The notes beneath the pieces were generated by a model, which had not been told where the DNA came from, made no database searches, and was given only the letters and a program-made list of their open reading frames with translations. From contig JBBQUQ010000005.1 of assembly GCA_038212325.1 (NCBI GenBank), positions 1 to 62,991 on the forward strand: 62,991 nucleotides of DNA, in the 5' to 3' direction. This DNA comes from Bacteroidales bacterium (GTDB lineage Bacteria; Bacteroidota; Bacteroidia; Bacteroidales; FEN-979). The translations under genes were made by a program, and so were the position numbers. Shown one piece after another: positions 58,519 through 62,991 of this stretch; position 1 is the stretch's first letter; each line of letters begins with the position of its first letter.

Positions 58519-58568
58519 CACCCTTTTTCGGGGCAACATTTCCCATCACATAACAAACATACAATTAA

Positions 58569-60179
<1,611 letters not shown>

Positions 60180-60233
60180 AGTTAATTGAACCCCCAAATC
60201 AATCAAATTCTGTTGTTTCTGTAATTTTCAAAT

Positions 60234-61877
60234 ATGATCGCAGCCGAAGGCCTTACCGTTGAGTTCGGAGGAACCACCCTGTTTAAGAACGTTTCGTTTG
60301 TCATCAACGAAAAAGACCGCATCGCCCTGATGGGCAAGAACGGCGCTGGCAAATCGACCTTGCTGAAAATCCTTGCCGGGGAGAGGCCTTCTACGAGCGG
60401 TCGGGTATCTTCGCCCAAAGGAACCGTTATCGCTTACCTGCCGCAACACCTGTTAACGGTCGACAGCCGAACCGTATTTGAGGAGGCCTCCCAGGCCTTC
60501 GCGTCAGTTTTCGGCATGAAAGAACGGATTGAAGAGCTTAACAATCAGCTTTCGACCCGCACAGACTATGAATCGGAAGAGTATTATGGCATCATCGAGG
60601 AAGTGTCGCACCTGAGCGAAAAATTTTACTCCATCGGTGAGGTCAACTACGATGCCGAAATTGAAAAGATACTCATCGGGCTGGGTTTTCTGCGCACTGA
60701 TTTCAACCGTCCCACAGGAGAATTCAGCGGTGGCTGGCGCATGCGCATAGAACTGGCCAAGATCCTGCTGAAAAAACCCGACCTCATCCTGCTCGACGAG
60801 CCCACCAACCACATGGACATAGAGTCGGTGCAATGGCTGGAGGAGTTCCTCATCACCAGCGCCAAGGCGGTGATCGTAATCTCGCACGACCGGGCCTTTG
60901 TCGACAATCTCACCACCCGCACCATCGAGGTCACCATGGGTCGGATCTATGATTACAAGGTCAACTACACCACCTACCAGCAACTCCGGCTGGAACGGCG
61001 CCAGCAGCAGCAGAAAAAGTTTGACGAGCAGCAAAAAATGATCGCCGAAACGCAAGAGTTCATCGAGCGGTTCAAAGGCACCTACAGCAAAACACTGCAG
61101 GTTCAGTCGAGGGTGAAAATGCTGGAAAAGCTCGAAATGGTGGAGATCGACGAAGAGGATACTTCGGCCCTCCGGCTCAAATTTCCGCCATCGCCCCGGT
61201 CGGGAAGCTACCCGCTGATCCTTGGCGGACTGTCGAAAAGCTACGGCGATCACCAGGTGTTTTCAGATGTTTCTCTCAGCATCGAGCGGGGCGAACGGGT
61301 TGCCTTTGTCGGCAAGAACGGTGAAGGGAAATCGACCCTCGTCAGGGCCATCATGGGCGAAATGGGGTATACCGGCGCGCTCACCATCGGACACAACATC
61401 ATGATCGGCTACTTTGCCCAGAACCAGGCTTCGATGCTCGACGAAGAAATAACCGTGTTCCAAACCATCGACGATGCAGCCAAGGGTGATATCCGCGCGA
61501 AGATCAGGGATATCCTCGGAGCCTTCATGTTTGGCGGTGATATTTCTTCCAACAAAGTAAAGGTGCTCTCAGGGGGTGAACGCACGCGCCTCGCCATGAT
61601 AAAACTGCTGCTCGAGCCGGTCAACCTGCTCATCCTCGATGAGCCAACCAACCACCTTGACCTCAAAACCAAAGACATCCTGAAGAGCGCCCTCCAGGAT
61701 TACGACGGCACCATGATCCTGGTGTCGCACGACCGTGACTTCCTCGACGGGCTGGTGAATAAGGTTTTTGAATTCGGCCACAAACGGGTGAAGGAACATT
61801 TGGGGGATATTCACAGTTTCCTGCAAAAGAAAAAACTGGAGAATCTGCGTGAACTTGAGCGGAAAATGCAAATGTAA
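60234..61877 (+). CDS. ABC-F family ATPase (second paralog)
   Basis: GKNGAGKST and GKNGEGKST Walker A motifs, FSGGWRMR and LSGGERTR signatures, and a Q/K-rich linker. Confidence 0.9.
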   Translation: MIAAEGLTVEFGGTTLFKNVSFVINEKDRIALMGKNGAGKSTLLKILAGERPSTSGRVSSPKGTVIAYLPQHLLTVDSRTVFEEASQAFASVFGMKERIEELNNQLSTRTDYESEEYYGIIEEVSHLSEKFYSIGEVNYDAEIEKILIGLGFLRTDFNRPTGEFSGGWRMRIELAKILLKKPDLILLDEPTNHMDIESVQWLEEFLITSAKAVIVISHDRAFVDNLTTRTIEVTMGRIYDYKVNYTTYQQLRLERRQQQQKKFDEQQKMIAETQEFIERFKGTYSKTLQVQSRVKMLEKLEMVEIDEEDTSALRLKFPPSPRSGSYPLILGGLSKSYGDHQVFSDVSLSIERGERVAFVGKNGEGKSTLVRAIMGEMGYTGALTIGHNIMIGYFAQNQASMLDEEITVFQTIDDAAKGDIRAKIRDILGAFMFGGDISSNKVKVLSGGERTRLAMIKLLLEPVNLLILDEPTNHLDLKTKDILKSALQDYDGTMILVSHDRDFLDGLVNKVFEFGHKRVKEHLGDIHSFLQKKKLENLRELERKMQM

Positions 61878-61962
61878 AATGGTAAAATGGTAAAATGGTA
61901 AAATGGTAAAATAGTAAAACGGACTTATTTTTGCCATTTTGCATTTTGCATTTTGCCATTTT
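61875..61962. repeat. octamer array (TAAAATGG x4 plus degenerate copies) facing an inverted GCCATTTT/GCATTTT array; potential long hairpin or bidirectional terminator
   Basis: Read directly. The left arm is 61875-61920 and the right arm 61931-61962, with a 10-nt spacer. It lies exactly between two convergent stop codons. Confidence 0.75.
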
Positions 61963-62200
61963 AGATTTGTGCTATCTTTACCGAGGTCATCGAAATTGAC
62001 CCCATCACCGTTTTCTCATTAAAAAAAGTTGCCGATTCTTCTTCAGTTTTCAGGGCAAGAACATAGAGTAACGGCAGGTAATGTTCAGGCGACGGGATGG
62101 ACTGTGCGACGGGTAAACCTAATTCATGGTAATTCCCGAGTTTGACAGCAGATTGTCTTTTTCGCTCAACCCGCATTGATAACACATTGATATTCAGCAT
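61961..62200 (-). pseudogene. 3' remnant of an extradiol ring-cleavage (4,5-DOPA dioxygenase / YgiD-like, LigB family) gene
   Basis: ..LGNYHELG....IPSPEHYLPLLYVL......GSISMTSVKI matches only the last about 60 aa of YgiD-type proteins. An in-frame stop lies 8 codons upstream of the listed ATG, and the N-terminal about 200 aa are absent. Confidence 0.6.
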
Positions 62201-62204
62201 GAAG

Positions 62205-62991
62205 TTGAGTAAGGATTTTTCATTTTAAAAAAATGTAGTGGACACTTTATTAACAAAATGATTGTTAATAGTCGAATTAACTATTTGTTGATGTATTTTT
62301 GTGTCGTAAAACACAGGAGTATGTACATCCGGACAACAAAAAACAAAAGAGGCGACGCTTATTATCATCTGGTGGAGTCATTCCGGCAGGATGGCAAGGT
62401 TAAACAGCGCACCCTGCTTTCATTAGGCCGTGTTGAAGACAACAAACTGACTCAGCTTTCCGAGGCGATCAGTAAGCATTTGGACACGATTCAAGTTATA
62501 GACCTGGCGAAACATATTGATATTGATAACGCTTACATTTATGGGTCCTTGCTGGTTCTGGATCGTTTGATGGAATCTCTGGGGATCAATGAAGTTATTT
62601 CTGAGATTGCCACCAGTCATAAAAAACTGTCATTGGATTTGAAGAAAATCCTGTTCACCTTGATCACATCGCGGTTCGTTAAACCAGTTTCAAAACTTGC
62701 CTTGTATGACCGGTGGATTGAAAAATTTTATCCGGTAATGGTTGATCATGACCTTGCACTACATCATATTTATCGCAGTCTGGATATTCTGTCCGCTCAC
62801 AAAGATCAAATCGAACAATCGCTGTATTCTTACAAGAAGGACCTTTTCAGTATCAATGTTGACATCGTGCTCTATGATTTGACAACCCTGCGTTTTGAGA
62901 GCACGCGTGAGGATCTGGGCGAATTGCGCAAGTTTGGTTACAGCAAAGAAAAGAGATCGGATTGTACGCAGGTTGTCTTCGGCCTGCTAAC
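62205..62991 (+). mobile_element. IS1634-family insertion sequence, left part (runs off the window)
   Basis: An AT-rich end region precedes the transposase ORF and directly abuts the truncated dioxygenase gene. The exact left boundary and inverted repeat cannot be fixed without the right end. Confidence 0.6.
62321..62991 (+). CDS. IS1634-family (IS4 superfamily) DDE transposase, N-terminal 223 aa (3' end outside the window)
   Basis: The manual translation MYIRTTKNKRGDAYYHLVESFRQDGKVKQRTLLSLG...VLYDLTTLRFES...GYSKEKRSDCTQVVFGLL shows the family's stereotyped N-terminus and first catalytic-D region. It is absent from the ORF track because there is no stop in the window. Confidence 0.85.
   Translation, partial: MYIRTTKNKRGDAYYHLVESFRQDGKVKQRTLLSLGRVEDNKLTQLSEAISKHLDTIQVIDLAKHIDIDNAYIYGSLLVLDRLMESLGINEVISEIATSHKKLSLDLKKILFTLITSRFVKPVSKLALYDRWIEKFYPVMVDHDLALHHIYRSLDILSAHKDQIEQSLYSYKKDLFSINVDIVLYDLTTLRFESTREDLGELRKFGYSKEKRSDCTQVVFGLL

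Overview
This 63 kb window reads as a chromosomal segment of a Bacteroidota genome, probably an anaerobic member of Bacteroidia. Three things support that: a T9SS SprA translocon, Bacteroidota-type TAnnTTTG -7 promoter boxes in front of many genes, and a glycyl-radical enzyme with its activase. All calls come from reading the ORF translations and the DNA by eye. No database search was run, so family names rest on recalled motifs.

About 45 protein genes are mostly housekeeping:
- dxs
- a fragmented suf Fe-S cluster (sufB, sufC, sufD, then sufS, then sufE, then a sufT-like gene)
- an M16 peptidase
- a membrane-anchored MutS-domain ATPase
- a DEAD-box helicase
- thiL, uvrC, gcvH
- ruvA-sprA
- two TlpA-like thioredoxins
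- a GH38 mannosidase
- recX
- prfB, which has a programmed +1 frameshift
- fumC
- mntH
- two ABC-F ATPases

I found no rRNA, tRNA or CRISPR array.

Observations worth a second look:
1. A dispersed 15-nt AUG-rich tandem repeat sits in three spacers between minus-strand genes. In two of them it fills the intercistronic spacer and forms a mini-ORF whose UGA overlaps the next start codon as AUGA.
2. Other 7-9 nt tandem repeats occupy gene spacers. One forms a long hairpin between convergent genes.
3. Three GT-C-fold membrane glycosyltransferases cluster with mntH and a Gly/Tyr-rich lipoprotein. Two of them are TMTC-like with TPR tails and one is ArnT/GT39-like.
4. An orphan glycyl-radical enzyme and its activase have no recognisable pathway partners.
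5. There are several gene relics: a PspC-type N-terminus with an in-frame TAG, two frameshifted T9SS C-terminal sorting domains, and an extradiol-dioxygenase 3' end truncated next to a partial IS1634-family element at the window edge.
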